A stretch of 64,000 nt of DNA from Hypanus sabinus (GCF_030144855.1 NC_082713.1:38068001-38132000); one strand, 5' to 3'. Positions 25,931-39,560 are shown, numbered from the stretch's first letter. The notes: generated by a model from the letters alone, not told the origin. A program made the numbers and translations.

Positions 25931-27169
25931 CAAGTACCATTTCCACTGCGATGGAGTGTACTGCCATCTCACCACATCCCTGATGCTAGCCAAATAAAAT
26001 CATCCCCTTTGATCCTCCTCCACAGTCTCCTCCCAACCCCAACCACTGCCCCCCCTACACCTTGCAGAGCACTGCTTACAGCTGTAATAAGGAGAAGATA
26101 TAATTACTAAATGAGTTGTAGCAAGGCCTATTGGCTCTGCCCAGATTGCTTCCTTAATGCCAACTCTCAATTTCTGGCTCTATCCTCTACTGCAGTGGTC
26201 CCCAACTGCTCTACTGAACTCACTTCTATCACAAGGAATTTTTAGAGGAGGCTATATCCATCAGGCGGGGGACACAACATGCTAATATCTATTTTATTGG
26301 TTAAACCTGTTCCGGTGTATCTTCAAATGGTTCTCAGTTTGGAATTAGCTGATATTGTTATATCAATTGAATATAATTTGCATCCTCCAGGTCACCTGAT
26401 CAAATTCCAACTTGAATAATTGTAACCTTAAACTTCAAATCCTAGAGTTAGGTGTCAGGCAGATAAATAGTGTTAATATTCTGAGTTACATGCAAGGGTT
26501 AGTCAACGCAATTCTTGGCCTTCAGCAGAGTTAACTCGGATAGCACTTTACAGATATATAATAATCTGGTTTAAATTTAGTGGAAAAAAAGTTGGATGAA
26601 GTTCCAAATAGTCAGCTGAGTTATAATTACTAAGTTGGCATTGTATCCCAATGTTCTTAATAAAATAATACAACCACAGAAACTGCACAAGTTCAAATTA
26701 AGATGATGAAGCATTGCATAGAAATCTTCCAAATAGGCAAAAATGGTGAAATAATCCAGAAGTCAGTCAGATACAATGAATAGAGTGGAATTTTCTAATG
26801 AAGGATAGCTTGGTAGGTGCAACAGGATGCTCTCATCTATCCATATTTTTCAAATTTTCTATTTATACTCTCTGCATCAATGGCCTCCTAGTAATTTATT
26901 GCACAATCATACTACTCTGTGTGCACAAAACTTCCTTCTAGAAATGAGAAAGTGCCCAATTATCTCACATATGTAGCAATTGTGTGTCTTCCCCACCCTC
27001 TGTGTTTGATGTTGCATTTGATAATTTGATAATTATTTCTAGAGAAACAGGGACACAATTTAAATAAAAACTGTCAAATAAACACCATGATTTTCAAGCA
27101 GTCTTTTTTTCTGAAATTAAGACTAAGAGATGTAAAAGAGTAACTAAAAATAGTATCAGCCCATTTAAG

Positions 27170-27452
27170 TAAAATGCCATCCCTCTCCTCTCATTACTAC
27201 CATCTGAGCGGAGGTACAGGAGCCCAAAGATCCATACACATTAATTTAAAAACAGCCTCTTCACATCCACCACCAGATTTCTGAATGGTTCACAAACCCA
27301 TGAACATTACCTCATTATTCCTTCATTTTTGCACGATGTATATATATATTTATTTGTAATGTTAAAATTTTTATGTCTTTACACTGTACTGCTGCCGCAA
27401 AACAACAAATTTCATGTCATATGTTAGTGTTAATAAATCAGATTCTGATTCT
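27170..27452 (+). mobile_element. Rex1/Babar-type LINE 3' end
   Basis: ccatctgagcggaggtacaggagc...aaaaacagc...accagatttctgaat (PSGRRYRS...FKNS...RFLN-like); aataaa followed by a (TTCTGA)n tail. Confidence 0.75.
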
Positions 27453-28499
27453 AAATGTTAGAATTACTCTAGTCATTTTGACATACAGATGACATGGCAT
27501 AATGTAATTTCAGATCTTGTTATTAGATGTACTTTTTAATCTGGCATTTGGAGCAACAATACTTGAGCCTTTAAGAATGATGAACCAAGTATGATGTATT
27601 GGGTTCGCTGATAGTGAAGGTCTAAATTCAAAGATCTTGTCCTATCTGATACACTGTAAATAGCTGCTTGTACTCTCACTGGGGAAGGTTATACTGTAAC
27701 TACCCAATCTTCAAAGACTAGTTCACTCAGCTTCTTTATTCTCCATGGTGAGTTTGGCTGCCAATACCCACTATTTGAGCAGTCAATTCCCCCTCCCTAT
27801 CAAGGAGGAGACACTTCTAGCTAACAAAGTAGGTTAACACAGTTAATTTATTTTCAATGATGTTCAGTTTAATTTAAGCAACTTTCTTAAAAAATATTTA
27901 ACACTCACAGAGCATTTCCAAATTACAAAGCATTCGCAAAACATGGGGACAATTTCTATGAAATAAAAGGATATACCAAAGATGAATGGCTCACCATTAC
28001 AGAAATCAAAGTTGGGAGAATAGATTCCAGTTCACTCCATGTTTCTTTTATTCTTTTTGATATTGCTTAACCCTTTCCTAATAAGCCTAAACTGCTCTCC
28101 ACATTTACAAAGTTTATTTGCCAATTGGGTGACTTCACAAACACCTTTTTATACAAAAGGTTTAAAAGTTTTTGTGAAAATACAGAACCCAGCTACCCAT
28201 AATTAAAGCTGTGAATCTAACTTTCTTCAGTACATAAACTCTCCAACATTAACAGCTTTTGATTTGCTGATATCTGGTATCTGGTCTGCAAGCTTTATTC
28301 AACTAAGCAACTCAGCCAGCATTGTCTATTTTGAAACAAGCCAAACTAAATAACCCATTATCTTATACTGCACCTCTTGAGTAGCAATAAGCCATGTGTT
28401 TTGGGCTAGCAGTCTGCTCCAGAGATAGAGCTTAATTGCTCAATAGATGGTGCTTCTTTTAACTTCAAACTGATTACTACTTGCATTTACACGTTAAAT

Positions 28500-29673
28500 G
28501 GTGACGTTGTGTAATTGGATTTTCAGAAGGCCTTTGACAAGATACCACTCATGAGCTAAGCAAGCCATGAGCCCACGGTATTACAGGAAAAATTCTAGCA
28601 TGGATAAACCGGTGGCTGATTAACAGGAGACAAAGAGTGGGAATAAAGGGAGACTTTTCTGGTTGGCTACCAGTGACTAGTGGTGTTCCACAGGGGTCTC
28701 TGTTGGGACCGATTATTGTTACATTATATGCCAATGATTTGGATGATTGAATTGATGGCTTTGTTGTAAAGTTTGTGGACAATATGATGATAGATGGAAG
28801 GGGCAGGTAGATTTGAATCAGTAGAGAGGCTACAGAAGGATTTAGCCAAATTGGGAGATTGGGCAAAGAAATGGCAGTTGGAATACAGTGTTGGGAATTG
28901 TATAGCTGTGCATTTTGATAGAAGAAATAAGTGTTTTATTTCTAAATGGAGAGAAAATACAAAAAAAACTGAGGTGCAAAGGGACTTCGTACAGGATTCC
29001 CTAAACTTGCAGGCTGAGTCTGAGGAAGGCAAATGCAATGTTAGCATTCATTTCAAGAGGACTAGAATATAAAAGCCAGGATGTAATGTTAAGGCTTTAT
29101 AAAGCACTGGTGAGGTCTCACTTGGAGTACTGTGAAGAGTTTTGGGCATCTTAGAAAGGATGTACTGAAACTGGAGAGGGCTCAAAGGTGGTTCACAAAA
29201 ATGATTCCAGGATTGAATGGGTTGTCATATGAAGAGCCTTGGATGGCTCTGGGCCTGTATTCATTGGAATCCAGAAGAATGAAGGGTAATCTTATTGAAA
29301 TCTATCAAATGTTAAAAGGCCATGATAGAGTGTATATGGAGAAGATGTTTTTTTATGGTGGGAAAGTCTAAGATCAGAGGAGGTAGCCTCAGAATAGATG
29401 GGTGTCTTTTTAGAATGGAGATGAGGAGGAATTTGTTTAGCCAGAGAGTGGTGAATCTGTGGAATTCTTTGCCACAGGCAGCTGTGGAGGCCAAACTTTT
29501 ATGTATGTTTAAGGCAGAGTTTGATAGATTCTCGATTGGTCAGGGTATAAAGAGATATGGGGAAAATGCAGGAGATCGGGGCTGAGAGGAAAATTGGATC
29601 AGCTATGATGAAATGGCAGAGTAGACTTGATGGGTCAAATGGCCTAATTCTACTCCTATATTTTATGGTCTTA
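28500..29673 (+). mobile_element. 5'-truncated CR1 LINE
   Basis: LDFQKAFDK, TSGVPQGSLLGP, WAKKWQLEY, FSQRVVNLWNSLPQ; 3' UTR ggtcaaatggcctaattctactcctat. Confidence 0.92.
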
Positions 29674-30093
29674 AAAAGTGAAGACTGGCTCTCATTTACA
29701 ACCAGGAGCTAAACAAGCTGGAAGTTTATTTGCAACTATTTGATCTTACAAATAGTAGCTACCGTGTTTAGAAAGCCAAGATTGGCAAAACATAAGGTCC
29801 AATAGCCCAGGAAGTGAATCCATCACAATGGATACCAATATTATTTTAAACACTAATATGTACCAGGTTTTCCTCTTCATCAAAACTACCAAGGTAATCA
29901 AAAATTACCATATAATGGGACCGTCTTTGCTTTAAGAAATTACTCTGTTTGAAAAGCATTAAAGTCCACCTTGCACAATCATAGCAGCTGCTACTGGTGC
30001 TCAGAGACTGGTACTTCATTGCACACTGCATGCTAAGAAGTCAGTCGACACTGTTGTCTCGCATAGGCTTCCATGGAGGTGCGAGGAAATGGC

Positions 30094-30795
30094 TGACATA
30101 GGGGAAGGGAAGAACGGAGAAAACAAGGGAAGCGGAACAAGGGATTAGGAAAAAACAGAAGTGGGATGGGATGTTATTTTATGGTGATGGTATTGAGAAA
30201 TATATATCTGAAATGGCAGTAGCAGCCGTGTATTAATTGAGCTATGTAACCTATATACTATTTGCATATACTCTTACATACACAGCATTTACTATGTATT
30301 AGTTTACTAGATATATCATCTATAATTAACTGAAGTGTATTAATTGAACTATATTCTATGTACTATAAATTAGCTGCAATGTAACCTATATACTATGGAA
30401 TGGGTTAATAGCTAGTGCAAAGATAACGGTGGATAGAACAGGCAAAGGGGGAACAGGCAAAGGAATGTTAATAACTGATGGAGAGATAACGGTGGCCAGG
30501 GAGGAGAGATCATATGGCCTGAATTATAGACAGGGATGGAGCTGGATTGACTGGGAAAAGTAATGGTGGCAGGTTGGGAGGTGACATCTTGGTGATAAAG
30601 TTGAAGAATGATTGGGTAAGCTGATAAGGCCAAAATGTAACTGAGATAAGAAATGGCTATAAAAAACGCTGTGTACCGGGCTCAGCGAGCAGTCAGTGAC
30701 AAGTTAATTGATTGCTTCAGCTTTTGTTTGCAAATAAAGGCTTAACTTCGCGAGGAATCGTCTGCATCTCTTGATCATTTCAAGAAACCATGACA
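30094..30795 (+). mobile_element. Solo LTR, 702 bp, 5-bp TSD
   Basis: TSD ATGGC at 30089-30093 and 30796-30800; termini TGACAT...ATGACA (TG..CA, 5/6 inverted); TATAAAAAA at 30658, AATAAA at 30733; short internal direct repeats in U3. Confidence 0.8.
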
Positions 30796-32939
30796 ATGGC
30801 TAGCCTACAACTGAGTACCATTGTGGAAATATATTGACACACAGAAATAAAGGTAAAGCTGTTTACAGCAGATACCCAAATTTTCTGATGGGCAGGACTT
30901 CAACTTGAATTGGGTGAAATCACGTCAAAACTTGCAAAAAGTTCTTTATTATGAACAGGGAACAAACAATCCAATTTCGAGAGAATAATGCCTGCTTAGT
31001 CAGAAATAAACAGTGGGAAAATATAAATTAAAAGGATAATTAATGTTATTTTGATGCTTATGATGAGAGCATCTGCTATCTTGAAAATCATATACAAAAT
31101 ATTAAGAAAGGTTTCCCTGAGATATGATTTTTAGCACATCATCTGAAGTAGGAAAATTTGCTATTTATTTACCTGTGGCCAGTTTATCTGAACATACAGA
31201 TTGCTCCCAGTAATTCAAGTTCAAACTAAAGACTTACAAGTAATTTTCACTCTCTCTGGACATTCTATGCCGTTAGCATAATGCTTTCAATAGTGTGGCT
31301 TCTCGTATAAACTTGGAATAGTAATGCCTGCTTGCAGAAAGTACAGAATTCCTTCAGAAATGCACTAGAGTGTAATTCTGAATTTTTTCTTGTGCTCCTT
31401 GAGTGTAACCTAAACCCACATTTTTCTAAACTAGAACTGGGACACAACTTTCTTAGTACTTGGTTCTCTGTTGACAATTTTTGTGTGCTTATTTGAGCAA
31501 AAACACTTGTGCATTAAACCTAGGTGCTTTCTATGACAGGATCAAAAAGCATATTGAAAGCATTATTGCTGGCAAGAAAATGCTTCATACATCTATCAAA
31601 CTTTTTGTCTGGTCTTTGTCTAATTGCCTTTTGAATTTGTTATTTCACTCATCTCTTTGCTTCCGTGGTGAACTATTCTTCTCTGTAATCAAATATCTAC
31701 AGCCATTTTGTCAATGCTCTGCTAAGCTTGAATTTCAGAAGTGGATTAGAAAGTGCAGTCACTACCACAGGACATAATTAACATTAATAACCAGGTACGA
31801 ATTACCTTGCAGTTGTAAGTTATTTTATCCAAGTCCTATACCACTTTGAATACCTGAATAAAATTACTTCTTTACCTTCAGATTCCCCACTCCAATACTC
31901 CACAATATTCTCTTTACTTTTTCACCTATTTCCTCACTAACATGGAAAAAGAGGGTACAACATATGCATTCATTTGGTCATCTAAATGAAATATCCCATG
32001 TAACCTGTCCTTGAGAACTAGAATGATTGTATATTCTATTCTTTCCTGCAATCGAACTTCTCCACTAAATAATTCCTCAGTTAACATCTATGCAAAATGA
32101 AACTTGAAAAATAGGAACACCATTTATTTCAGAATAAAAATTATCCAAGAGCTGTTATCCAATTGACGTCTACCAGTGAAACAATAGCATGTCGTCAGCA
32201 GTTGTGAAATCAGGCCAGCTTTAAAAAAAAGGCTTTCTGAGTCATGGATTGCAATTTTCTTGTGATTATTTTAGTAAGAGATGGTTTATTTGTGCATTTT
32301 CTTGAAGTAGCTGACACCAGCAGAGTAAAACGCAGGTGGAGATAAGGCCGTTGGTGGGAAGTGCCATTATCAGGAAAATGTCATATATAGTTTACAATGG
32401 TGCTGGGAAGCCCCTTTGAATATGTATTATTGGAAAGTTGGTTTATGAGTGCCACATGTACCGAAGTACAGAGAAAAACTGTTTTGCATGGTGTCCTTAC
32501 AGTACATTTCATCATGTTAGTGCATTGAGGAAACACAATAACAGAATGCAGAAAAATGTGTTATAGTTTTAGTGCAGGCAAACAATAAGATGCAAGTTTG
32601 ATCTTGTGGTCAAGAGTACGAGGGGACCACTCGGGAGTCTCATAACAGCAGGAATAAAGCTGACTTTTTCCTTGTGCTACGTGCTTCCAGGATTCCATAT
32701 CTTCTGTTTGCTTTGAGGACCAATCTCATATATTATTTCCATGAAAATGTTAGTGTTGGCAAAAAGCCTTACAGTGATAAAAGATTAACATTTCATACCT
32801 TGATGAGCTTAAAACTGGTAACATTGTAAAGAAAAATAAAAGATCAGATTATTATTTAAATGGTGTTAAGATTGCAGCATGCTGTTATGCAGAACGACTC
32901 GGAAGTGTTTGTGAATGAATTGCAAAAGATTGGTTGCAT

Positions 32940-33390
32940 GTACATTGATTTCTTAAACTTCTGATAATGCCCCCTCCCTCTCCTTCACCATTCCCTATTT
33001 CCATTTTCTTCTCCTACCTTATCTCCTTACCTACCCATCTCCTCCATCTGGTGTTCTTCCCCTCTTTTCATATATCCATGGCCTTCTGTTCTCTCCTATC
33101 AGATTCCCCCTTCTCCAGAACTTCATCTCTTTCATCAAATGATTTCCCAGATCATTACTTCAACCCTCCCCCTCCCAGTTTTACCAATCACCTTGTGGTT
33201 CTTGCTCCCATACCCCCACCTTCTTACTCTGACTGCATCGTTTTCTCTCTGGTCCCGATGAAGGGTCTTGGCCCAAAACGTCAACTGTACTCTTTTCTAT
33301 AGATGTTGCCAAACCTGTTGAGCTCCTCCAGCATTTTGTGTGTGTGTGTGTTGCTTGGATTTTCAGCATCTGCAGATTTGTTTGTGATTT
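32940..33390 (+). mobile_element. Penelope-like element 3' end with degenerate hammerhead (33251-33286)
   Basis: atgtacattgatttcttaaacttc (end of the GIY-YIG ORF), pyrimidine-rich UTR, GGTC CCGATGA AGGGTCTTGGCCC AAAA CGTC AACT, then the shared terminus ctccagcattttgtgtg...cagcatctgcaga. Confidence 0.8.
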
Positions 33391-33606
33391 GCAGATGCAA
33401 TAGTTTATCAAGAAAACAAATGGAATGTTGGCCTTCGTTGCTAGAGGGATTGAATTTCATAGTAGGGAGGATATGCTGCAATTGTACAGGGTACCAGTAA
33501 GGCTGCTAATGAAGAAATGCGTGCAGTTCTGCTCTCCTTACTTATGGAAAGGCAGACTAGCTTTGGAGGTGGTGCAGAGGAGGTTCACCAGGTTGGTTCT
33601 GTAGAT

Positions 33607-34110
33607 AAGAACCATAAGACATGGGAGCAGAATTAGGCCAATCAGTCCAAACAATCTGTTCCATCATTCCATCATGGTTGATTTATTATCCCCCCTAACC
33701 TCACTCTCCTGCCTTCTCCACATAAACTTTGATGCCACGACTAGCCAAGAATGTATCAACTCCTGCTTTAAACATATCAAATGCTTTGGCCTCCACAGTG
33801 TCTGTGGCAATAAATTCCACATATTCACCACCCGCTAGCTAAAGGAATTCCTCTCATCTCTGTGCCAAATGGATGTCCCTCTATTCTGCGACAGCATCCT
33901 TTGCTTCTAGACACCCCGCTATAGACCATCCTCTCCACATTCACTCTATCTAGGATGTTTAATATTTGATAGGTTTCAATGAGATTCCCCCACCCCATTC
34001 ACCTAAACTCCAATGAGTACAATCTCAGAGCCATCAAATGTCTCTCATATGTTAACCATTTCATTCTCATGAAGCTCCTTAGGACTCTCTCCAGTGCTAG
34101 CACATCCTTG
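33607..34110 (-). mobile_element. CR1 3' fragment nested in the plus-strand CR1
   Basis: taagaaccataagacatgggagcagaattaggcca (reverse complement of the CR1 tail) followed by antisense ORF2 end. Confidence 0.85.
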
Positions 34111-34620
34111 AGATGAGGGAATTAGCTTATGAAACGAGATGGAGTCACGTTTAACTACACTCGCCAGAATTCAGAATGAGAGGGGATGTAGAAGTAGAAT
34201 GAGAAAGAATCTTACAGAATCATAAACTTATGAAAGAGATACTGTAGATAAGATTGAGGTAGGAAAGTGGTTTCCACTGGTGAGTGAGACTAGAACAATG
34301 AGACATAGCCTCCAGATTCAGGAGAATGGATTTAGGATGGAGATGAGGAGAAAGTGCTTCTCCCAGGGAACAGTGAATTTGTTGAATTCTCTGCCCAGGG
34401 AAACATTAGAGGCTATCTCATTAAATGTAATAAGACTTTTGCACAGCAGGGTAATTAAGGGGTATGGGAAAAAAACAGGAAGGTAGAGCTGCGTCTACAG
34501 TCACACCAACCATGATCTCAATTATCATAGGAGTGAAGAGGGCTCTTCAACAGTCAGATGGTTATTGCTGTTCCTACTTCTAATGTTCTTAAAACCACAC
34601 ACTAAACAGATAAGACTGTT

Positions 34621-36690
34621 AAACACAAGAGCTCTTGCAGATGCTGAAAATCCAGAGCAACACAAACATGCAAAATGCTGGAGAAGCTCAGCAGGTCAGG
34701 CAGCATTTACGGAGATGAATAACGAGTCAACATTTCAGGCCGAGCCCCTTCATTGGGACTGGAAAGGAAGGGGAAAGTTGCCAGAATGAAAAGGTGGGGC
34801 GAGGGGAAAGAGGACAAGCTAGAAGGTGATGGGTGATCACAAGGTGGGAGGGAAAGGAAAGCGGCTGGAGAAGAAGGAATCTGATAGGAGAGAAAAGTGG
34901 ACCATGGGAGAAAGGGAAAAAGGAAGGGCCACAAGGGGAGGTGATAGGCAGCTGAAGAGAAGAAGTAAGAGGCCAGATTGGGGAAATAGAAAAAGAAGGA
35001 AGGGGGAAGGGAAAAAACCCCAGAAGAAATCAATGTTAATGCCAGCAGGTTGGAGATTATCTAGATGGAATATGAGGTGTCACACCTCCTTCCTGAGAGT
35101 GGCCTCGTCGTGGCAGAAGAGGAGATCATGGATTGACATATTGGAATGGAAATGGGGATGGGAATTAAAATGGTTGTCGACTGGGAATTTCTGCTTTTTG
35201 CAAATGGAGCAGAGGTGCTCAACAAAGTGGTCACCCAATTTACGTTGGGTCTCACCAATATAGATGAGGGCACATCCAAGCACCGGATAAAAAAGACAAC
35301 TCCAACAGTGTTTGTTTCACCTGGAAGGACTGTTGGGTGCTCTAAATACAGGTGAGGGAAGAGGTGTATGGGCAGACACAGCATTTCTGTCATTTACAGG
35401 GAAATATGTCAGGAAGGAGATTAGTGGAGAGGGACGAATAGACAAGGGAATCACAGAGTGAGTAATCACTGCAGAAGGGGAGAGTGGGAGGAGGTAATCA
35501 TGCTTTTGGTGGTAGGATCCCATTGATTTTGGTGGAAGTTGTGGAGAATGATGTGTTGGATGCAGAGGCTCATGGGGTAGTGGGTGTGGACAAGAGGAAC
35601 CCCGTTCCTGTTAAGGTGGCAGGAAGAAGGGGTGAGTGCGGACATCCAGGAAATAAAGAAGATGCGGCTGAGGGCAGCACCAGTGGTGGAGGAAGGAAAA
35701 CTCCATTCTTTGAAGAAGGAGGGCACTCTGATATCCTGGATAGGAAAGCATCCTGGGAACAGCTGTGGTGGAGACAAAGGAACTGAGAAAAGGGAATGGC
35801 ATTTTTACAGGAGACAGGGTGGGAGAGGTACGGCCACTACAGCTGAGGGAATCAGTAGGTTTACAAGAAAATATCGGCAGACAGCTTGTTGCCAGACATG
35901 GAGACAGAGAGAGATCGAGAAAGGGGAGAGGTGTGTCAGAAATGGACCAAGTGATTTTAAGGGCTGGGAGTAAGTTGGAGGCATAGTTGATGAAATTGAT
36001 GAGCTCAGCATGGGTGCATGAAGCAGCACCAATACAGTCGTCAATGTAGAGTAGGGGAGCATTACCAGGGAAGGCTTAGAACATGGATGGTTCCACGTCG
36101 CCAACGAAAAGTCAGGCAGATTTGGGACCATGTGGGTGCAAATAGCTACCCCTGGAGTCTGAAGAAAGCAGGAGGAGTGGGAGGAGCTGAGGATGAGGAC
36201 CAGTTCTGCCAGATGCAGGAGGATGGTTGGGGAGAGGAACTGATTGGGTCCTCTGTCAAAAAAGCAGTTAAAAGAGTTTTAAGGCCTTCTTGATGGGGGA
36301 TAGAACTGTATAGGTACTGGATATCCATGGTGAAAATTAGGTGGTCAGGGCCAGAGACTTGAAAGTCATTGAGAGGATTGAGGGCATGTGATGTGTTACA
36401 GATGCAAGTGGAAAGGGACTGAACCAAGTGGGATATAATGAAGTCAAGGTATGTAGACTCGAGTTCAGTGGGGAAGGAGCAGGCAGAGACAATGGGCCAA
36501 CCTGGACAGTCAGGTTTGTGGATCTTGGCTAGGAGATGGAAACGAGCAGTGTGTGGTAAGGGAACTGTGAGTTTGGTGCCAGTGGATTGGAGTTCTCCAG
36601 AGTAGCTGAGGTTAGTGATGGTACAGGAGACAGTGGCCTGATGGTCTGGATTGCAGTCCCTGTCGAGGGGTAAGAGGAGGTGTCTGAGAA
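34621..36690 (-). mobile_element. Penelope-like retroelement (RT + GIY-YIG endonuclease), decayed
   Basis: Minus-strand motifs in order: FHLLAKIHKPDCPGWPIVS, FTMDIQYLYSSIPH (RT A), GVAICTHM (B'), YIDD at 36037-36048 (C), VPLVHTHYP, LIYIGETQRKLGDHFVEH...HFN (GIY-YIG). Hammerhead-like AGTC CCAATGA AGGGGCTCGGCCT GAAA TGTT GACT at 34725-34760. Confidence 0.9.
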
Positions 36691-37224
36691 ACTTTCATGG
36701 AAGAACTATAAACATGCTTTCTAGTGTTTCTTTGAGAACATTATTTTCACTTGCCTACTTAAAGCAATTCTGTTAAATTGCTGCTTTACCATTTGTGTTA
36801 AACTGCTGGTTTATTTTAATCATTGTTAATCTACTTATTCTAAGCAGCTACTGTAATAGCAGGTAAGTGGAAAACAGACAGCGGATTTTGTTACTATGGG
36901 CTTTTAAGGTGGGAAAAAGATGAAGTCCCTTTGTTTTGGATACAAGGTTTCTGTTTATCAGGAGAGTGGAGTATTTGCATCATAAAGGTCATATGTTTTC
37001 CCCTCAGGGATTCTGAGGAAACAATGTGATCTTGGTAGCAGAGTTAACAGTTCCCATGGCAATCATGTTAGCTCTGCATTTATCCAAAGACAACAGAAGT
37101 GGATTTTTAAAAAAATCTTAGTTATATAATTTTGAAGTCTTTTTAAGGTTGGTCTTTGACTTTATAACAGGTATCCAAAAGGTAAATATATTTTTGACAA
37201 TTCCATCAGAATGACACTGAATAT

Positions 37225-38420
37225 ATATAGAAACATAGAAATTTACAGCATATTACAGGCCCTTCAGCCCACAATGTTGTGCCCACCATGTTACCTACTC
37301 TAGAAACTGCCCAGAATTTCCTTCCTGCATAGCCCTCCATGTACCTATCTAAAAGTCTCTTAAAAGACCCTATTGTATCCGCCTCCATCACCATCACTGG
37401 CAGTGCATTCCGCGCACTCACCACTCTCTGTGTGAAAAATTTGTCTCTGACATCCCCCCTGTACCTACTTCCAGGCACCTTAAAAGTATGGCCCTTCATG
37501 TTAGCCATTTCAGCCCTGGGGAAAAAGCCTCTGACTATCCACACAATCAATACCTCTCATCATCTTATACACCTCTATCAGGCCACCTCTTATCCTCAGT
37601 CGCTCCAAGGAGAAAAGGCTGAGTTCACTCAATCTATTCTCATAAGGTATACTCTCCAATCCAGACAACATCCTTGTAAATCTCCTCTGCACTCTCTCTA
37701 TAGTATCCTCATTCTTCCTGTAGTAAGGTGACCAGAACCGAACACAGTACTCCAAGTGAGGTCTAACTGAAGTCTTATATAGCTGTAACCATACCTCCTG
37801 GCTCTTGATCTCAGCTGCACGGTTGATGAAGGCCAACACACCATACACCTTCATAACAACATTGTCAACCTGTGCAGTAGCTTTGAGTGTCCTATGGGCA
37901 TGTACCCAAGATCTCACTGACCCTCCACATTACCAAGAGTCTAAGCATTAATATTACATTCTGTCTTCAAATTTGACCTACTGAAATAAACCACTTCATA
38001 CTTATCTGGGTTGAACTCCATCTACCACTTCTCAGCCCAGTTCTGCATCCTATCGATGTTGCAATGTAACCTCTGACAAACTTCCAGACTATCCACAACT
38101 TCCCCAGCTTTTGTGTCATCAGGAAACTTACTAAACCATCCTTCTATTTCTTCATCCACGTCATTAATAAAAATCACAAAGAAGAGGGGCCCCAGAACAG
38201 ATCCCTGAGGAACACCACTGGTCACTGTCCTCCATGCAGAATACGAACCATCTAAAACCACTCTTTGCCTTCTGTGGGCAAGCCAATTCTGGAGCCACAA
38301 AACAAGGTCTCCTTGGATCCCATGCCTCATGACTTTCTGAATGAGCCTTGCATGGGGAACCTTATCAAATGCCTTGCTGAAATCCATATACACTACATTC
38401 ACTGTTCTACCTTCATCAAT
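37225..38420 (-). mobile_element. 5'-truncated CR1 LINE, same subfamily as 17062-19259
   Basis: ORFs 38022..38402 (MDFSKAFD...GVPQGSVLGP...FPDD), 37510..37917 and 37206..37550; tail (TTTCTATG)n; a further CR1 3' scrap at about 38440-38590. Confidence 0.93.
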
Positions 38421-39064
38421 GTGTTTTGTATGTTTCTATGACCATTCCGTCATACATAGCCCTCTTTTTTTTATCATCCATGTGCCTGTCTAAGAGTTTC
38501 TTAAATGCCCCTAATATATCTGCCTCTACCACAACCTTGGCTAGGCGCTCCGTGCACCCACCTCTCTCTGCAAATAAAAAACTTTTTCTGTATTGAGCCA
38601 TCAGCCTTTAGTAATAAAGTGTGCAAATTCTATATCCTCACACTATCACTAGGAATAGCCAGGATCTTTTTTTATATTTGGGGCCCATTACGGACACCAG
38701 AATAGAGCTGCTAAGGGCCAACAGAGGGTCCTACAACATTGAGAATCAGGTGTTGATCTTTGATCAGCATGTTCTTTAAGCCCACATGAAATATTCAGTG
38801 TGAGGATATAAATTTTAATTTTATAAATTAAGCTTGTAAATTGTTCATGCAATATAAAATTTGATTTTCTGAGCCTTCCAACTTAACATAGTAATCTTGC
38901 ATCATTTCACAAAGTGAGAAATAGGTAAGTGACAATGTACTTGACTTATCAATCACTTAAATAATTTAGGCACGTATCCTGTGATTTATTCAATGAATAT
39001 GTGGTTCTCATCTTTTAATATATCATTTAACATCTCATTCAATTCAAGTTGAAGAGCAAAAAAA

Positions 39065-39560
39065 TTGATGCACCATAGAAAGCATTCTGACTGGATGCAC
39101 TATGGCTGGTATGGCAGCTGTTCTGCATGTGACTTCAAGAAACTGCAGAGAATTGTGGACACACCTCAGCACATCACAGGAACCAACCTATACTCCCAAT
39201 GGACTGTCTATACTCTCACTACCCAGTGAGGCAGCTATGATAACCAAAAATCCTACCCAAACCAGACGTTCCCCTTTTTCCCCACTCCCATCAGGCAGAA
39301 GATACAAAAGTCTGAAAGCAGATACCACCAGGTTCAAGAACAGCTTCTATCCCACGCTTGAACAGAACTCTTGTACGATAAGATGGACTCACGATCGATC
39401 TCATTATGATCTTGTGCCTTGTCATTTACCTGCACTGCAATTTTTGGTAGCTTTTACCCTTTATTCTGCATTGTTATTGTAGCTCAATGCACTGTTTAAT
39501 AATTTGATCTGTATGCAAGGCACACTGCAGCAAGTGGCAATAATAAATCAATACCAACAC
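39065..39560 (+). mobile_element. Rex1/Babar-type LINE 3' portion
   Basis: CTIESILTGC..WYG...KKLQRIV; FSPLPSGRRYKSLKADTTRFKNSFYP (ORF 39102..39482). Confidence 0.85.

Larger units (their letters stand above)
32810..34590 (+). mobile_element. CR1 3' half interrupted by a Penelope 3' end and an antisense CR1
   Basis: CR1 reading (YYLNG...; KTNGMLAFVARGIEF; FSQGTVNLLNSLP) resumes after each insert. Confidence 0.8.

Noticed and set aside
34707-36293. Numerous overlapping 60-145 aa ORFs
   Set aside because: Alternative frames and antisense of the decayed Penelope element and its purine/pyrimidine-biased UTR.
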